Below are positions 28,038-39,196 of a DNA stretch of 64,000 nt, piece by piece. Where the stretch lies: positions 320,001-384,000 of the forward strand of contig JBNKHE010000002.1 in assembly GCA_050290185.1 (NCBI GenBank). The letters are read 5' to 3'. Position numbers and translations under genes: made by a program. Every line of letters starts with the position of its first letter. Position 1 is the stretch's first letter. Source of the DNA: Pontiella sp. (GTDB lineage Bacteria > Verrucomicrobiota > Kiritimatiellia > Kiritimatiellales > Pontiellaceae). The notes beneath the pieces are model-generated. The model worked only from the letters and a program-made list of their open reading frames with translations. It searched no databases and was not told the origin of the DNA.

Positions 28038-29536
28038 GGATTGCCACCTCCCAATACAGCCTGGATATAGCCGGATGGATTCATGAGTTGCTCCGCGGCA
28101 ACTTCCGAAATATCGAACACCGCCCCCGCCAGAAAACCGATCGCCACCGTTATGGCAGCAAGTACCATCATCGGCGACAAAAAGCCACGCCAGCGGGACA
28201 CGGTCATCCCATGGCAGTCCGGCAAGGCGTCAGGAGCCGCCTTCCAGAATGCGTTGGCCCATATCTTCGTCATGGAGAAAAGGGTCAACAGACTGACGAT
28301 CAAGGCAACCGAAACGATCATCCACGACTGTGCCTGAAGGCCGGCAATCACCAAGATCAGCTTGGCGAAGAACCCGGAGAGCGGTGGGACACCGGCTAGC
28401 GACATCGCGGGAATCATGAACAGGATGGCTAGGCCGGGGCGCTCCTTGTAGAGCCCCCCAAGCACGTTGAGATCATAGCTGCCCTTCAGCCGTTTCACCG
28501 CGCCGGCCACCAGAAACAGATTGGTTTTCACGACAATATGGTGGATCAGATAGAAGATGGTTCCCGTCAGGGCCAGCTTGGTGAAAAGCCCGAGTCCCAT
28601 CACCATGTATCCAATCTGGCTGACGATGTGGAAAGAGAGTATTCGGCGGATTTCGTGTTGCGAGGCGGCACCCAGCACACCGCAAAGCATCGTTAGCCCG
28701 GCCCCGATCAAGATCAACTCATGCAGAAATTCAGGATCGTTGCAGAAAATGAGCGTAAAGACGCGAACGAGCGCATAGACGCCCACCTTGGTCAATAGAC
28801 CGGCAAAGAGGGCGGACACGGAGGCCGGCGGCGTTGGATAGCTGGCCGGCAACCATGAAAACAGCGGGAACATGCCGGCCTTGATTCCAAATGCCATCAT
28901 GAACATAACCGCCGTCATCGTGACGAGGCCACCCCCGTCCCCTTCCCGGACCACCACCGCAAGCTGGGCCATGTTGAGCGTGCCGGCCATGCCATACAGA
29001 ATGCCGACGCCGGCCAGGAACAGTGCCGATGAAAGGAGGTTGAGTGCGACGTATTTGATCGAACCGGCCATCTGCGCTTTTTCACCACCAAGGGCGAGCA
29101 GAATGAACGATGCGGTCAGCAGTACTTCAAACCACACATACATGTTGAAGAGGTCGCCCGTCACAAAGGCGCCATTCACGCCCATCATCATGATCAGGCA
29201 GAGCGGATAGAAGCCGAAGCGGATGCGCGGCTGGTCGAGATCGAAGCAGGCGTAGATGGAAACCGACAAGGCCATCAAACCTCCAAGCACCAGCATGATG
29301 CTCGACAGGGTATCCACCGCCATGGTGATGCCGAACGGCGCCTCCCAGTTGCCCAGGTTCATCACTGCCACATGGCCTGAACGGGTATGGCCCAGCAGGA
29401 CCAAGGCGATGGCGAGCATCAGGGCCGAGGTCGAGATGCCGATTACCTGTTGCAGGCGCAGGCTTCGGCGAAACAGCATGCAGAGGATGCCGCCGGCCAG
29501 GGGAACCAGAATGGGGAGCACCGGGAGGAGATTCAT
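28034..29536 (-). CDS. mrpD: Mrp/Mnh antiporter subunit D
   Basis: [34 protein letters not shown] and AGVPPLSGF motifs. Confidence 0.95.
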   Translation of the reverse strand: MNLLPVLPILVPLAGGILCMLFRRSLRLQQVIGISTSALMLAIALVLLGHTRSGHVAVMNLGNWEAPFGITMAVDTLSSIMLVLGGLMALSVSIYACFDLDQPRIRFGFYPLCLIMMMGVNGAFVTGDLFNMYVWFEVLLTASFILLALGGEKAQMAGSIKYVALNLLSSALFLAGVGILYGMAGTLNMAQLAVVVREGDGGGLVTMTAVMFMMAFGIKAGMFPLFSWLPASYPTPPASVSALFAGLLTKVGVYALVRVFTLIFCNDPEFLHELILIGAGLTMLCGVLGAASQHEIRRILSFHIVSQIGYMVMGLGLFTKLALTGTIFYLIHHIVVKTNLFLVAGAVKRLKGSYDLNVLGGLYKERPGLAILFMIPAMSLAGVPPLSGFFAKLILVIAGLQAQSWMIVSVALIVSLLTLFSMTKIWANAFWKAAPDALPDCHGMTVSRWRGFLSPMMVLAAITVAIGFLAGAVFDISEVAAEQLMNPSGYIQAVLGGGNP

Positions 29537-29880
29537 TCGTCATCCTCCTTAAGGGCGTCCAGGTCGTCGGTTCCGACCGTTTCATAGGTGCGGAGAAACA
29601 GGACCAGTGCAAAGGCCGTAACCGCAAAACTAATAACAATGGCCGTCAGGATCAACGCCTGCGGCAGCGGATCGGAAGGCTGGCTCGCCAACACCATATC
29701 CCCTTCCGGAATGATTGGCGGCTCACCCTTTCGTAGCCCCCCCGCCGTGAAGATCAGGAGATTGGCTCCATGGCTCAGCAAACCCAGTCCAATAATGAGC
29801 TGAACCAGGTTGCGGCGCATCATCATATAGAGGCCGCCGGTGTAGAGGGTGCCGATTACGATGGCAAGGAGCACTTCCAT
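29533..29880 (-). CDS. mrpC: Mrp/Mnh antiporter subunit C
   Basis: LLSHGANL and [16 protein letters not shown]; start MEVLLA with ggagga RBS. Confidence 0.95.
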   Translation of the reverse strand: MEVLLAIVIGTLYTGGLYMMMRRNLVQLIIGLGLLSHGANLLIFTAGGLRKGEPPIIPEGDMVLASQPSDPLPQALILTAIVISFAVTAFALVLFLRTYETVGTDDLDALKEDDE

Positions 29881-30293
29881 TATTCCTCCTCCCCCAGTCC
29901 AAACACCAGTGTGAGCAAAACGCCGAGCACCACGAAATAAACGCCGAAATCGAAGATAGTGGGTGTGCCGATGTGCAGTTCCGCACCGAGCAGGTGCACA
30001 TCCCACCACTCGCCGGTCAGGAAGGGATGGCCCAGCAACAAAGCCGGCAATCCGCTGCATAGCGCAATCGCCAATCCAACAGCCGTCACGTCGCGTGGGT
30101 CGTAACGCAGCAGCAACCGCGCGGAAGGAACGCCGTTGGCCAGCGCATAAAGCGAGAAAGCCGATCCGGCAAAAAGCCCCCCAACGAATCCGCCGCCGGG
30201 AAAGTGGTGGCCGCGCAACAGGACATAGACCGAAAAAACCAGTAGCGGCGGGAACATGTAGCGGGTGGCCGTGCGGAGAATCATCGAACTCAT
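29880..30293 (-). CDS. mrpB: Mrp/Mnh antiporter subunit B
   Basis: [13 protein letters not shown] and FDFGVY motifs. Confidence 0.95.
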   Translation of the reverse strand: MSSMILRTATRYMFPPLLVFSVYVLLRGHHFPGGGFVGGLFAGSAFSLYALANGVPSARLLLRYDPRDVTAVGLAIALCSGLPALLLGHPFLTGEWWDVHLLGAELHIGTPTIFDFGVYFVVLGVLLTLVFGLGEEE

Positions 30294-32584
30294 GCTTCGT
30301 CCTCCTTCTTGCGGGGACGTAGTTTTAAGAGGGCGTAGGCCCCCATGGCGGCAATGGTCATTACCGTGATTTCCCCGAGGGTGTCGAACCCGCGGAAATC
30401 GACCAGGATCACATTAACGATATTACGTCCATGCGCCTCTGTATAGCTGCTTTCCAGATAGTAGTCGGAGACCGGCGTGGGGTTTTGTACGACGAGCGCG
30501 GCCAGCACGAGCATCGTTACCACCACGCCTGCGGATATGGACACCGCCAGATCGATGAGGCGGGTGCGCTTGGTGGATGCATTGGTGAACTGCGGGAGAT
30601 GATAGAACGCCAACGCCAGCAGAATCACGGTTAACGTCTCGATCACCAACTGGGTCATGGCCAAATCGGGTGCCCCGTAGAACGTAAACAGCAGCGCCAT
30701 ACCGAATCCCACCGTGCCCATGCAGAGAATCGATCGAAGCCGCGACTTGGAATATACGGTCGCAAAGGCGGCAGCGATCATGAGGAGACTGACCAACAAT
30801 ACCGGAATTGACAAAGCCGACAGCCCTTCGATCCGCTCAAGGCCTCCGACACGGAAAAAGGCCATGGCAACCAACAGCGTAGAAGTGATGACCGCATAGC
30901 GTATGTAGTGCCGCAACGTTCCGGTTTGGATTTTCCGCGTCTGCCACGCCGCAAACCGGAGGGTTGCATTCAGGAGCGTTTCATAGACCGCATCCGGCCC
31001 GAAACGTCCGAGTCCGGACAGCCGACCGCCCAGACGAACGAACCGCGGCCGCAACAGGTAGCACACGCAACCGATCGCCAGTGTAACGAGGCTGATCATG
31101 AGATATTTATTGAAGCCGGCCCAAAGATGCAAATGGACGTGCTGTTCTTCGGCGGTCACCGCCGCAGCGACAGGCTCGATGAGCGAATGGCCAACGGTTC
31201 CGCAAACAAAAGCCAATACCAGCGAGCCTACGCCGAGTACCATCGGCCCCATGCGCATCGACCACGGCATTTCGTGGGCGTGCAGTTCTGCCGGGCGCGT
31301 TCCCGCAAACGGTTTCAAACCCACTGAGAAGCCGACAAGCACATAGGCCGCGCCTCCGATCACCGTCGCAACGATCAGGGCCGGATGATGCCCCAGTGCA
31401 TGCAACCAGGTTTCCTTCGCCACGAAACCGAAAAACGGAGGGAAACCACCCATCGACAAACCGGCAAGCAACGCACATGCAAACGATACCGGCATGGCAT
31501 GGCGCAGGCCGCCGAGCTTATCGACCGAGGTTTCGCCGCCGGTTTCATGCGTAATGCCGCCGGCGACCAGGAAAAGCGTGGCTTTGTAGAAGGCGTGCGC
31601 CAGAATGAATGCGGCCATAGCCTTGATGGTTTCCTCGGTCCCAATCCCCAGCAGCATCACCATCGCCCCGAGGGCGGAGACTGTGCTGTAGGCCAGAAGG
31701 CGCTTCAGCACATGCTGCCCCAGCGCCATGATCGCGCCGAGCAGAAATGTTGTCGTTCCAATCACAGTCAGAATCCAGTGCCACTCTTCCGCACCACCAA
31801 GCGCGGGATGCAGGCGGGCCAGCAAATACACGCCGGCCTTCACCATGGTGGAGGAGTGCAGATAGGCGCTCGCTGGAGTCGGTGCTTGCATGGCATTCGG
31901 CAACCAGAAATGGAAGGGAAACTGCGCCGATTTGGTGAAGGCACCGATGCAGACCAGTATAAGGATCGGCAAGTAGTGCGCATGCGCCTTCAGTTCCGCC
32001 CCGCGCTGAACCAGTTCCGATAACCTCCATGTGCCGGCCGCCTGCGCCATGAGGATGAATCCCGCCAAGAGAAACAGGCCGCCCAACACCGTGACCAGCA
32101 TGGATTGCAGCGCCGCTTTGCGTGCCGCTTCACTTTCGTGGTTGAATCCGATCAGCAGATACGAGGTAAGGCTGGTCAGTTCCCAGAAAATAAAAACAAG
32201 CAACAGGTTATCAGCCAGCACCACGCCCAGCATGGAGGCCATGAAGGCGACGATATACATCATGAAACGGCCCTGCTGCGGGTGGCCCTTGAAGTATCCT
32301 TGCGTATACAAAACAATCAATGCACCGATTCCGCTGATCAAAAACGCAAACAGCAAAGATAAGCCATCCAGTCGGAATGCGGCCTCCAACCCCAGTCCGC
32401 GCACCCATTCGAAACGCTGCTCAACCGGATGGCCGTGCATGACCCCCGGCAGTTGAATAAGCAACCAGACAAAAAAAACCAGCGGCACCATGACCAGCAC
32501 ATTTCCGGTATGCCGGGGGAGCCGTCGGTGAATCCAAGGGGCGAGCACAGCGGCAAGAAAACAGATGGTAAGCAAACCGAGCAT
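30290..32584 (-). CDS. mrpA: Mrp/Mnh antiporter subunit A
   Basis: [41 protein letters not shown] and [18 protein letters not shown] motifs. Alternative start 32605. Confidence 0.95.
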   Translation of the reverse strand: MLGLLTICFLAAVLAPWIHRRLPRHTGNVLVMVPLVFFVWLLIQLPGVMHGHPVEQRFEWVRGLGLEAAFRLDGLSLLFAFLISGIGALIVLYTQGYFKGHPQQGRFMMYIVAFMASMLGVVLADNLLLVFIFWELTSLTSYLLIGFNHESEAARKAALQSMLVTVLGGLFLLAGFILMAQAAGTWRLSELVQRGAELKAHAHYLPILILVCIGAFTKSAQFPFHFWLPNAMQAPTPASAYLHSSTMVKAGVYLLARLHPALGGAEEWHWILTVIGTTTFLLGAIMALGQHVLKRLLAYSTVSALGAMVMLLGIGTEETIKAMAAFILAHAFYKATLFLVAGGITHETGGETSVDKLGGLRHAMPVSFACALLAGLSMGGFPPFFGFVAKETWLHALGHHPALIVATVIGGAAYVLVGFSVGLKPFAGTRPAELHAHEMPWSMRMGPMVLGVGSLVLAFVCGTVGHSLIEPVAAAVTAEEQHVHLHLWAGFNKYLMISLVTLAIGCVCYLLRPRFVRLGGRLSGLGRFGPDAVYETLLNATLRFAAWQTRKIQTGTLRHYIRYAVITSTLLVAMAFFRVGGLERIEGLSALSIPVLLVSLLMIAAAFATVYSKSRLRSILCMGTVGFGMALLFTFYGAPDLAMTQLVIETLTVILLALAFYHLPQFTNASTKRTRLIDLAVSISAGVVVTMLVLAALVVQNPTPVSDYYLESSYTEAHGRNIVNVILVDFRGFDTLGEITVMTIAAMGAYALLKLRPRKKEDEA

Positions 32585-33008
32585 AGATCCTTGTCCGTCA
32601 GGCAAATCGTATATACCTGGTGTTAAGCATATTATGAATATTTTTCCGCATTAAAAATACGTAGCCCCATACGTCTTTGAATTCTGCTCCTGATTGGTTT
32701 CCAGGGGTTAAAACACCCCCCTATCCAACTGTATAGGCCATTCCAGCGCCTGTCAGCGGAATGAAATCAGATCCCGTCATGAGGGGCAAGACACAAGGTG
32801 ACAAATACGCACATATTATGATCGTCTTTCTTGAGTACTGTTTTTTGAGTGGGAGATATTAACAAGACCCCTGTAAACATTGGTTTTTTATCCTTTTTTA
32901 AATTTGCCATCCCCCCCTTAATCCCCTAGAAATTCTCAATCGCTGAGCCGATACGGAGTCGGACAGTTATAGTTGGAAATAACCCGGAAACACTGAGGAG
33001 TATATACC

Positions 33009-33287
33009 ATGGGAAAACCTATGACCAAATCGCAGATCATTGCAGCAGTCGCCGAGAAGGCTGACATTTCCAAGGCTCAGGCCAAGGACGCCCTTGAAGG
33101 ACTCTCTGAACTCGCATATGAAGGCGCAGCAGACGGATTCACCATTCCTGGAATCGGCAAGCTCGTAAAGGTTGACCGCGCTGCCCGTATGGGTCGCAAC
33201 CCGGCTACCGGCGAAACCATCCAGATCCCGGCCAAGACCGTCCTCAAGTTCCGCATCGCAAAGGCTGCCAAAGACGCCGTACTGTAA
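33009..33287 (+). CDS. hup: HU family DNA-binding protein
   Basis: MTKSQII, IPGIGKL, RMGRNPATGETIQIPAK..KFR; gaggag RBS. Confidence 0.95.
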   Translation: MGKPMTKSQIIAAVAEKADISKAQAKDALEGLSELAYEGAADGFTIPGIGKLVKVDRAARMGRNPATGETIQIPAKTVLKFRIAKAAKDAVL

Positions 33288-33309
33288 TATACGCGATTGG
33301 CGATTGTTG

Positions 33310-33341
33310 AACCGTCCTGCCCGTCGGGACGGTTGTTTTTT
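33310..33341 (+). terminator. intrinsic terminator after HU gene
   Basis: aaccgtcc...ggacggtt hairpin followed by gtttttt. Confidence 0.7.
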
Positions 33342-33344
33342 ACT

Positions 33345-33527
33345 ATGAAATACATCGATAAGATTTTCTATCTGGCCACCATAGCGGCAGTATTGACGCT
33401 CTGCGGATGCGCCACGCCCAACGACGGCTATACTGACGAAGAGGAATATTCCAGCATGCCATGGAATACGCCCCAAAGCTGGGAAGCAGGGCCAAGCCTT
33501 CCCGGTCTCTCCGGCCCCGGCTACTAA
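33345..33527 (+). CDS. small lipoprotein
   Basis: MKYIDK...VLTLCG-C lipobox; C-terminal MPWNTPQSWE; followed by a terminator. Confidence 0.7.
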   Translation: MKYIDKIFYLATIAAVLTLCGCATPNDGYTDEEEYSSMPWNTPQSWEAGPSLPGLSGPGY

Positions 33528-33542
33528 ATTCGACCCATTTCC

Positions 33543-33567
33543 AAACCCGCTGAACAGCGGGTTTTTT
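33543..33567 (+). terminator. intrinsic terminator
   Basis: aaacccgctg-aa-cagcgggttt followed by a T run. Confidence 0.8.
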
Positions 33568-33649
33568 ATTACCCCGGCCGCAAATATACTTTCCATTCTC
33601 CCCGCAGTCTGGGAAATTGCGTTTTTCTTATCCAAGAGGACTTTGGAAC

Positions 33650-34927
33650 GTGGCGAAATTCATTATACAGGGCGGCAAACCGATCGGCGGAACATTCCAC
33701 CCACGCGGCAACAAGAATGCGGTTTTGCCCATGCTGGCCGCCTGTGTATTGACCGATCAGCCCGTGGTACTCCACAACGTTCCGCTTATTAACGACGTCA
33801 AGGTCATGCTCCAGCTGCTCGAAAGCATTGGAGTTCAAGTATCTCTGAAAGATCACACGGTCACCCTCTGCGCAAAAGGCATTCAAACCACCGAGCTGGA
33901 CAAGGCCCTTTGCGCCAAAGTCCGCACCTCCATCCTGCTGGCAGGGCCCATGACCGCCCGGCATGGCGGGGCAACGATCTATCCGCCGGGCGGCGACGTG
34001 ATTGGCCGGAGGCGGCTCGACACCCACTTCTACGGACTGCGCTCCCTCGGAGTGGAAATCTCCACCGACGAGGCGTACCGGTTCAAAGCGGGCCCCCTAA
34101 GCGCCTGGAAAATGGTTTTCGACGAGGCCAGTGTGACCGCCACGGAAAACGTCTTGATGGCGGCAACTCTTGCGAAAGGCACATCCACGATCTACAACGC
34201 CGCCTGTGAACCGCATGTACAGGATCTCGCCCACCTGCTTAACAAAATGGGCGCAGATATCTCGGGCATTGAAACCAATAATTTGACCATCCATGGGGTA
34301 GAAAAGCTACATGGAACCGAATACACCGTACAGCCGGACTACATCGAAGTTGGAAGCTATATCGCAGCATCAGTCGTGACGGGCGGACAACTGACCATTC
34401 CCAACGCAGGGGATCCGCTGACCCTGCAGGTCATGCAACGTGCTTTCTCGAAACTGGGTGTAGACTGGACCCGGGATGGCCGCACGTTGGTTGTTCCGCA
34501 ACAACCAACCCGTTGCATTCGGCCGGATGAAGGCAACGCCACCCCAAAAATTGAAGATGGAATCTGGCCAGCCTTCCCTTCGGATCTGATGAGCGTCTGC
34601 ATCGTGCTCGCCACGCAGACCCAGGGCACCGCGCTGTTTTTCGAGAAAATGTTCGAAAGCCGCATGTATTTCGTCGACCACCTCATGGCGATGGGTGCCA
34701 ATATTATCCAGTGCGATCCCCACCGCGTCGTCGTCATCGGCCCCACCCAATTACGCGGAAGCATGCTCACCAGTCCCGACATCCGGGCCGGCATGGCCAT
34801 GCTCATCGCCGCCTGCTGCGCCGAAGGCGAAAGCGTCATCAAGAACGCCCAGGTGATTGACCGTGGATATGAAGCAATTGAGGATAGACTTGCCGCGCTC
34901 GGTGCGGATATTGTGCGTATTGATTAG
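33650..34927 (+). CDS. murA: UDP-N-acetylglucosamine 1-carboxyvinyltransferase
   Basis: GNKNAVLP, PGGDVIGRR, ASVTATEN, NAACEPH, WPAFPSD, FESR, DIRAG and IDRGYE motifs; GTG start. Confidence 0.96.
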   Translation: MAKFIIQGGKPIGGTFHPRGNKNAVLPMLAACVLTDQPVVLHNVPLINDVKVMLQLLESIGVQVSLKDHTVTLCAKGIQTTELDKALCAKVRTSILLAGPMTARHGGATIYPPGGDVIGRRRLDTHFYGLRSLGVEISTDEAYRFKAGPLSAWKMVFDEASVTATENVLMAATLAKGTSTIYNAACEPHVQDLAHLLNKMGADISGIETNNLTIHGVEKLHGTEYTVQPDYIEVGSYIAASVVTGGQLTIPNAGDPLTLQVMQRAFSKLGVDWTRDGRTLVVPQQPTRCIRPDEGNATPKIEDGIWPAFPSDLMSVCIVLATQTQGTALFFEKMFESRMYFVDHLMAMGANIIQCDPHRVVVIGPTQLRGSMLTSPDIRAGMAMLIAACCAEGESVIKNAQVIDRGYEAIEDRLAALGADIVRID

Positions 34928-34954
34928 TAATCCGATCAGGAAGGAAGCAATTAG

Positions 34955-35563
34955 ATGGCATTTCCAAAGACATTCTACCGTTGGCGCCCACACCCGTGGC
35001 ATGGCCTCGAAGCAGGCGAAGACCTTCCAGGGACCGTCAACGCCTACATCGAAATGACCCCGTTCGACGCCGTGAAATACGAAGTGGACAAAACCACCGG
35101 CTACCTGCGCGTCGACCGTCCCCAGCTGACCTCCTCGATGACCCCCACCCTGTACGGCTTCATTCCGCAAACCTACTGCGCGGGTCACGTCCAGGAACTG
35201 TCTCCCACCTCCAAATGTGGCGACGGCGACCCGCTCGATATCTGCGTCATCACCGAGCGCGCCATCAACCGCGGCGAGGTCATCCTCAAGGCCCGCGTCA
35301 TCGGCGGCATCCAGATGGTCGACAACGGCGAAGCCGACGACAAGATCATCGCCGTGCTCGACAACGACCAGTTCTGGAAGACTGCCCACGACATCGACGA
35401 CATTCCGCCGGCCCTTCTCGAGCGCCTGCGCCACTATTTCGCCACCTACAAGCTCGTCCCCGGACAACCTTCGGATGTTCACATCGAAAAGATCTACAAC
35501 CGGGAACACGCGCTCGCCGTCATCGAAGCCTCGCTGGAAGACTATACCGAGCAATACGGCTAA
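34955..35563 (+). CDS. ppa: family I inorganic pyrophosphatase
   Basis: HPWHG, KYEVDK, VDR, YGFIPQT, DGDPLD, DNGEADDKII and YFATYK motifs. Confidence 0.96.
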   Translation: MAFPKTFYRWRPHPWHGLEAGEDLPGTVNAYIEMTPFDAVKYEVDKTTGYLRVDRPQLTSSMTPTLYGFIPQTYCAGHVQELSPTSKCGDGDPLDICVITERAINRGEVILKARVIGGIQMVDNGEADDKIIAVLDNDQFWKTAHDIDDIPPALLERLRHYFATYKLVPGQPSDVHIEKIYNREHALAVIEASLEDYTEQYG

Positions 35564-35629
35564 CGTAGAAGCGACACCCTCGTCGCTTTATGCCCAAAAA
35601 GGTAAATGCGGCGAGACGTCGCGTTTACG
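35564..35629. repeat. GTAG-type REP doublet (inverted pair)
   Basis: cGTAGaagcgacaccctcgtcgc and inverted gcggcgagacgtcgcgtttacg, each a short palindrome with a GTAG/GTAA foot. Confidence 0.65.
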
Positions 35630-36055
35630 CTTTTTTTGTGCAACCAGCGCCAAACCACAGAGACAAACCAACCCCGTATTCCGAAGCAGGTTAATCCAGC
35701 TCATCGGCTGGTCCGCCGCCCCATGGCCAAAACAGCCGCACCCAAAGCTGGAACCGCGCCACAGATTGATGGCGATGGCTCCAGTGAAAAGGATCAACAA
35801 GACCAGCACGATCCACAGCGATGCAACCCGGTAGCGCGGAGCAAAAAGCAGGCACAGGGCACAGACCGCTTCCAGCCAAGGGAAATAGAGCGCCGCGATG
35901 TTCACCAGAAAGCCCGGCAGCAGATGGAAGCGGTAGACCGACACCGCAAAGTCGGCCGGATACAGAATTTTCTGATACCCCGAGAGCAAAACTCCCGCAA
36001 CGATAAGCGAGGCGATCCAGTAAGCCAGCCGATAGGTTTTCTGTTCACGCGTCAC
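35588..36055 (-). CDS. DoxX/MauE family membrane protein
   Basis: SGYQKILYP..F, PWLE, CGCFG and LRN motifs; GTG start overlapping the rhodanese stop. Confidence 0.88.
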   Translation of the reverse strand: MTREQKTYRLAYWIASLIVAGVLLSGYQKILYPADFAVSVYRFHLLPGFLVNIAALYFPWLEAVCALCLLFAPRYRVASLWIVLVLLILFTGAIAINLWRGSSFGCGCFGHGAADQPMSWINLLRNTGLVCLCGLALVAQKKRKRDVSPHLPFWA

Positions 36056-36561
36056 GGTTCCACCCCTTGTTCCGCAGGTGTTTCGCCGGCGCCCCGCTCG
36101 ACTGGCCCGTCCTGTTTTTGCCAAAGCTCAAAGCCGTCTACAAAAAGCACCAGATTGCTGTATCCCATGGACTGAAGCTCAGAGGCCAGCAGCAACGCGT
36201 CGTCGCATTCGCGGCTGGAGCAGTAGACCACCAGCTCCTTCCCGGAATCGATCAATTCGGCAACGGCGGAAAAGTATTCGTCAAAGGATTCGAACGGAAC
36301 CGATACCGCGCCGGCCACATGCCCCGCTGCAAAGTCGGAGGAGGAACGGGCATCAACAAACACCGACTGTCCGGTCTTGAACCTCTCCAATGCAACCGAC
36401 AGCGGGATCGCCTTGATCTTCTTGCTTGCCGCTTTCGCTTCCACCTGGTGCGACCAATCCTGCACCCACGGAATTTTCCGGGGATGCACACTGTTCGCCA
36501 CCAACGCAACCACCCCGCTCACCAGCAGGATGACTCCAATGCGTTTGAGGGTCATATTCAC
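36052..36561 (-). CDS. membrane-anchored rhodanese-like protein
   Basis: N-terminal TM; FVDAR...AGHVAGA; VVYCSSREC; GFELW. Confidence 0.88.
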   Translation of the reverse strand: MNMTLKRIGVILLVSGVVALVANSVHPRKIPWVQDWSHQVEAKAASKKIKAIPLSVALERFKTGQSVFVDARSSSDFAAGHVAGAVSVPFESFDEYFSAVAELIDSGKELVVYCSSRECDDALLLASELQSMGYSNLVLFVDGFELWQKQDGPVERGAGETPAEQGVEP

Positions 36562-36567
36562 ACGGTC

Positions 36568-36630
36568 ACCACGAAGAACACGAAGCTCACGAAGAGGTAC
36601 TTTCTTCCCGTTCTTCGTGACCTTCGTGGT
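36568..36630. repeat. 9-nt-periodic CACGAAG inverted-repeat hairpin
   Basis: accacgaagaacacgaagctcacgaag ... cttcccgttcttcgtgaccttcgtggt, located 4 nt after the gyrA stop. Confidence 0.8.
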
Positions 36631-36634
36631 TCAT

Positions 36635-39181
36635 TTATTCCGCGGGCTCTTCAGGAGTCGACGGTTCAATTGCAGCTTCAGCTCCTGCTTCGCCAGTCAC
36701 TTCGCCTTCAACAACCGCTTCCGGTGCGAGAGAGCCCTCCTCGGGGCTCTCATCTTCGGGATCAAGGACGGCGGCGGAGACGAGCTTGTCGCCTTCCTTG
36801 AGGTTGAAGAGGCGGACACCCTGGGTGTTGCGTCCAATGATGCGCAGGTCGCTCGCTCCGATGCAGATCATCTGCCCGCCTTCGGAGATGAGCATCAGGC
36901 GATGTTCATCGGTGACGGCGTGGGCACTGACGACCTTGCCGTTGCGATCGGTGGTCTGGATACTGATGATCCCCTTGCCGCCGCGGGCCTGCGTGCGGAA
37001 TTCATCGAAGCTCGTACGCTTACCGTAGCCGTTTTCAGTAATCGCCATCATGGTGGCGTCCGTATCGACGATTTCGACGGTCACGACTTCGTCGTCCCCT
37101 TCGAGCCGGACACCGCGCACACCGCGGGATACGCGGCCCATTGCACGGGCATCCTTTTCCTTGAAGCGGATGGCCTTGCCGTTGCGCATGCTGAGGATGA
37201 TTTCGTTTTCGCCGTTGGTCAGTTTAACGCCAATAAGCTGGTCGTCTTCATCGATATTGATCGCCTTGACGCCGGCCACGCGGACGTTCTTATAGGCCGA
37301 TAGAATCGTCTTTTTCACGACGCCCTTCTTGGTGGCCATGATCAGATTGTGCGTATCGTCGTCGAGTTCGCGGACGCAGAGAATGGCGGCCAACTTTTCG
37401 TCCTGCGACATCTGCAAGACATTGGCGAGCGAACGACCGCGGCTCTGGCGGGTGCCTTCCGGCACATAGTAGGCCTTGAGCCAGTACATGCGTCCGGCTT
37501 CGGTGAAGCAGAGCAGATAGTCGTGGGTGGAAGCCGAGAAGATGTGTTCCACAAAGTCCTCGTCCTTGGTGCTCATGCCGACCACGCCCTTGCCGCCGCG
37601 ACGCTGCTGGCGGTAGGTGTCGGTCGGGACGCGCTTGATGTAGCCGGTGTTGGAGAGCGTGATCACGCACGGCTCGTCGGCAATGAGGTCTTCGATGTCG
37701 ATTTCCCCTTCGTCGATCGAAAGATCGGTGCGACGAACTTCGCCATACTTCGCGCGGATCTGCTCCAGGTCCTCCTTAATTACCACGTAGATTTTTTCCG
37801 GATGCGCCAGCAGATCTTCGAGATACTCGATGAGCTTCTTGAGTTCGGCGTATTCCGCTTCGACCTTGTCGCGCTCAAGGCCAGTCAGCTGGTAGAGGCG
37901 CATATCGAGAATGGCCTTGGCCTGGATTTCGGAGAACCCGAACTTGGCCATCAGGCGTTCCTGCGCCTCTTCGCGGTTCTTGGAATCGCGGATGATGCGG
38001 ACGACCTCGTCCATGTTGTCCATCGCGAGCAGGAAGCCTTCGAGAATGTGGGCGCGGGCCTTCGCCTTATCGAGGTCGAACTGCGTGCGGCGGGTAATCA
38101 CGTCAAAGCGGTGATCGATGAAGCACTGCAGGACTTCCTTCAGGTTCATCACACGCGGCTTGCCCTTGTCGATGGCGAGCATGATGCCGCCGAAGGTGGA
38201 TTCCATCTGCGTGTGCTTGAAGATATTATTGAGCAGGACGTTCGGAACGGCGTTGCGCTTAAGCTCGATGACGAGACGGATGCCTTCCTTGCCTGATTCA
38301 TCACGGATATCGGAGATGCCTTCGAGCTTCTTGTCGCGCACGAGGTGAACCATCTTCTGAATCAACAGCGTCTTGTTCAGCGCGTAGGGAATTTCCGTAA
38401 TAATGATGCGCGCTTTGCCGTTGTCATCCTCTTCGATGTCCGCCTTGCCGCGCACTTTAATCTTGCCGCGGCCGGTGGTGTAGAAATCGCGCACGGCGTT
38501 GAGGCCGTAGACGGTGCCGCCGGTCGGAAAGTCCGGCCCCTTGATCAATTCATGCAGTTCGTCAATCGTCGCCTCGGGATTGTCGATCAGCAGAATGGTT
38601 CCATCGATGACTTCGCCCAGGTTGTGCGGCGGAATGTTGGTGGCCATGCCGACCGCAATACCGGTCGATCCATTCACCAGCAGATTGGGAACGCGCGCCG
38701 GAAGCACGGATGGCTCCATCAGCGATTCGTCGAAGTTGGGGCGCATATCGACGGTTTCCTTGTCGATATCCGCCAGCATTTCCTCCGCCAGCGGACGAAG
38801 GCGGCACTCGGTATACCGGTATGCCGCGGCGCGGTCGCCGTCGATCGAACCAAAGTTGCCCTGACCATCGATCAGCATGCCGCGCATCGCAAAGTCCTGC
38901 GCCATGCGCACCATCGTGTCGTAGACCGCGGTATCGCCGTGCGGATGGTAGTTACCGATCACTTCACCGACGACCTTAGCGCACTTGACATAGGCCTTGT
39001 TGTGCGTCCAGCCGCGTTCCTTCATGGCGTAGAGGATGCGGCGGTTGCCCGGCTTCAGCCCGTCGCGGGCATCCGGCAGTGCGCGGCCAACAATCACCGA
39101 CATCGAGTAGTCGATGTAGGCACGCTGCATCTCGTCTTCAATATTGATCAGGTCAATGCGTTCGTTCGTGTTTTCTTCCAT
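36635..39181 (-). CDS. gyrA: DNA gyrase subunit A
   Basis: [26 protein letters not shown], GyrA-box QRRGGKG, CTD repeats and acidic tail. Confidence 0.98.
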   Translation of the reverse strand: MEENTNERIDLINIEDEMQRAYIDYSMSVIVGRALPDARDGLKPGNRRILYAMKERGWTHNKAYVKCAKVVGEVIGNYHPHGDTAVYDTMVRMAQDFAMRGMLIDGQGNFGSIDGDRAAAYRYTECRLRPLAEEMLADIDKETVDMRPNFDESLMEPSVLPARVPNLLVNGSTGIAVGMATNIPPHNLGEVIDGTILLIDNPEATIDELHELIKGPDFPTGGTVYGLNAVRDFYTTGRGKIKVRGKADIEEDDNGKARIIITEIPYALNKTLLIQKMVHLVRDKKLEGISDIRDESGKEGIRLVIELKRNAVPNVLLNNIFKHTQMESTFGGIMLAIDKGKPRVMNLKEVLQCFIDHRFDVITRRTQFDLDKAKARAHILEGFLLAMDNMDEVVRIIRDSKNREEAQERLMAKFGFSEIQAKAILDMRLYQLTGLERDKVEAEYAELKKLIEYLEDLLAHPEKIYVVIKEDLEQIRAKYGEVRRTDLSIDEGEIDIEDLIADEPCVITLSNTGYIKRVPTDTYRQQRRGGKGVVGMSTKDEDFVEHIFSASTHDYLLCFTEAGRMYWLKAYYVPEGTRQSRGRSLANVLQMSQDEKLAAILCVRELDDDTHNLIMATKKGVVKKTILSAYKNVRVAGVKAINIDEDDQLIGVKLTNGENEIILSMRNGKAIRFKEKDARAMGRVSRGVRGVRLEGDDEVVTVEIVDTDATMMAITENGYGKRTSFDEFRTQARGGKGIISIQTTDRNGKVVSAHAVTDEHRLMLISEGGQMICIGASDLRIIGRNTQGVRLFNLKEGDKLVSAAVLDPEDESPEEGSLAPEAVVEGEVTGEAGAEAAIEPSTPEEPAE

Positions 39182-39196
39182 AGTCCGTCTTTCGTG

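Noticed and set aside
38900..38960. Quinolone-resistance substitution in the GyrA QRDR (HGDTAVYD)
   Set aside because: Thr at the position equivalent to E. coli Ser83 is a common wild-type state, and Asp87 is retained.
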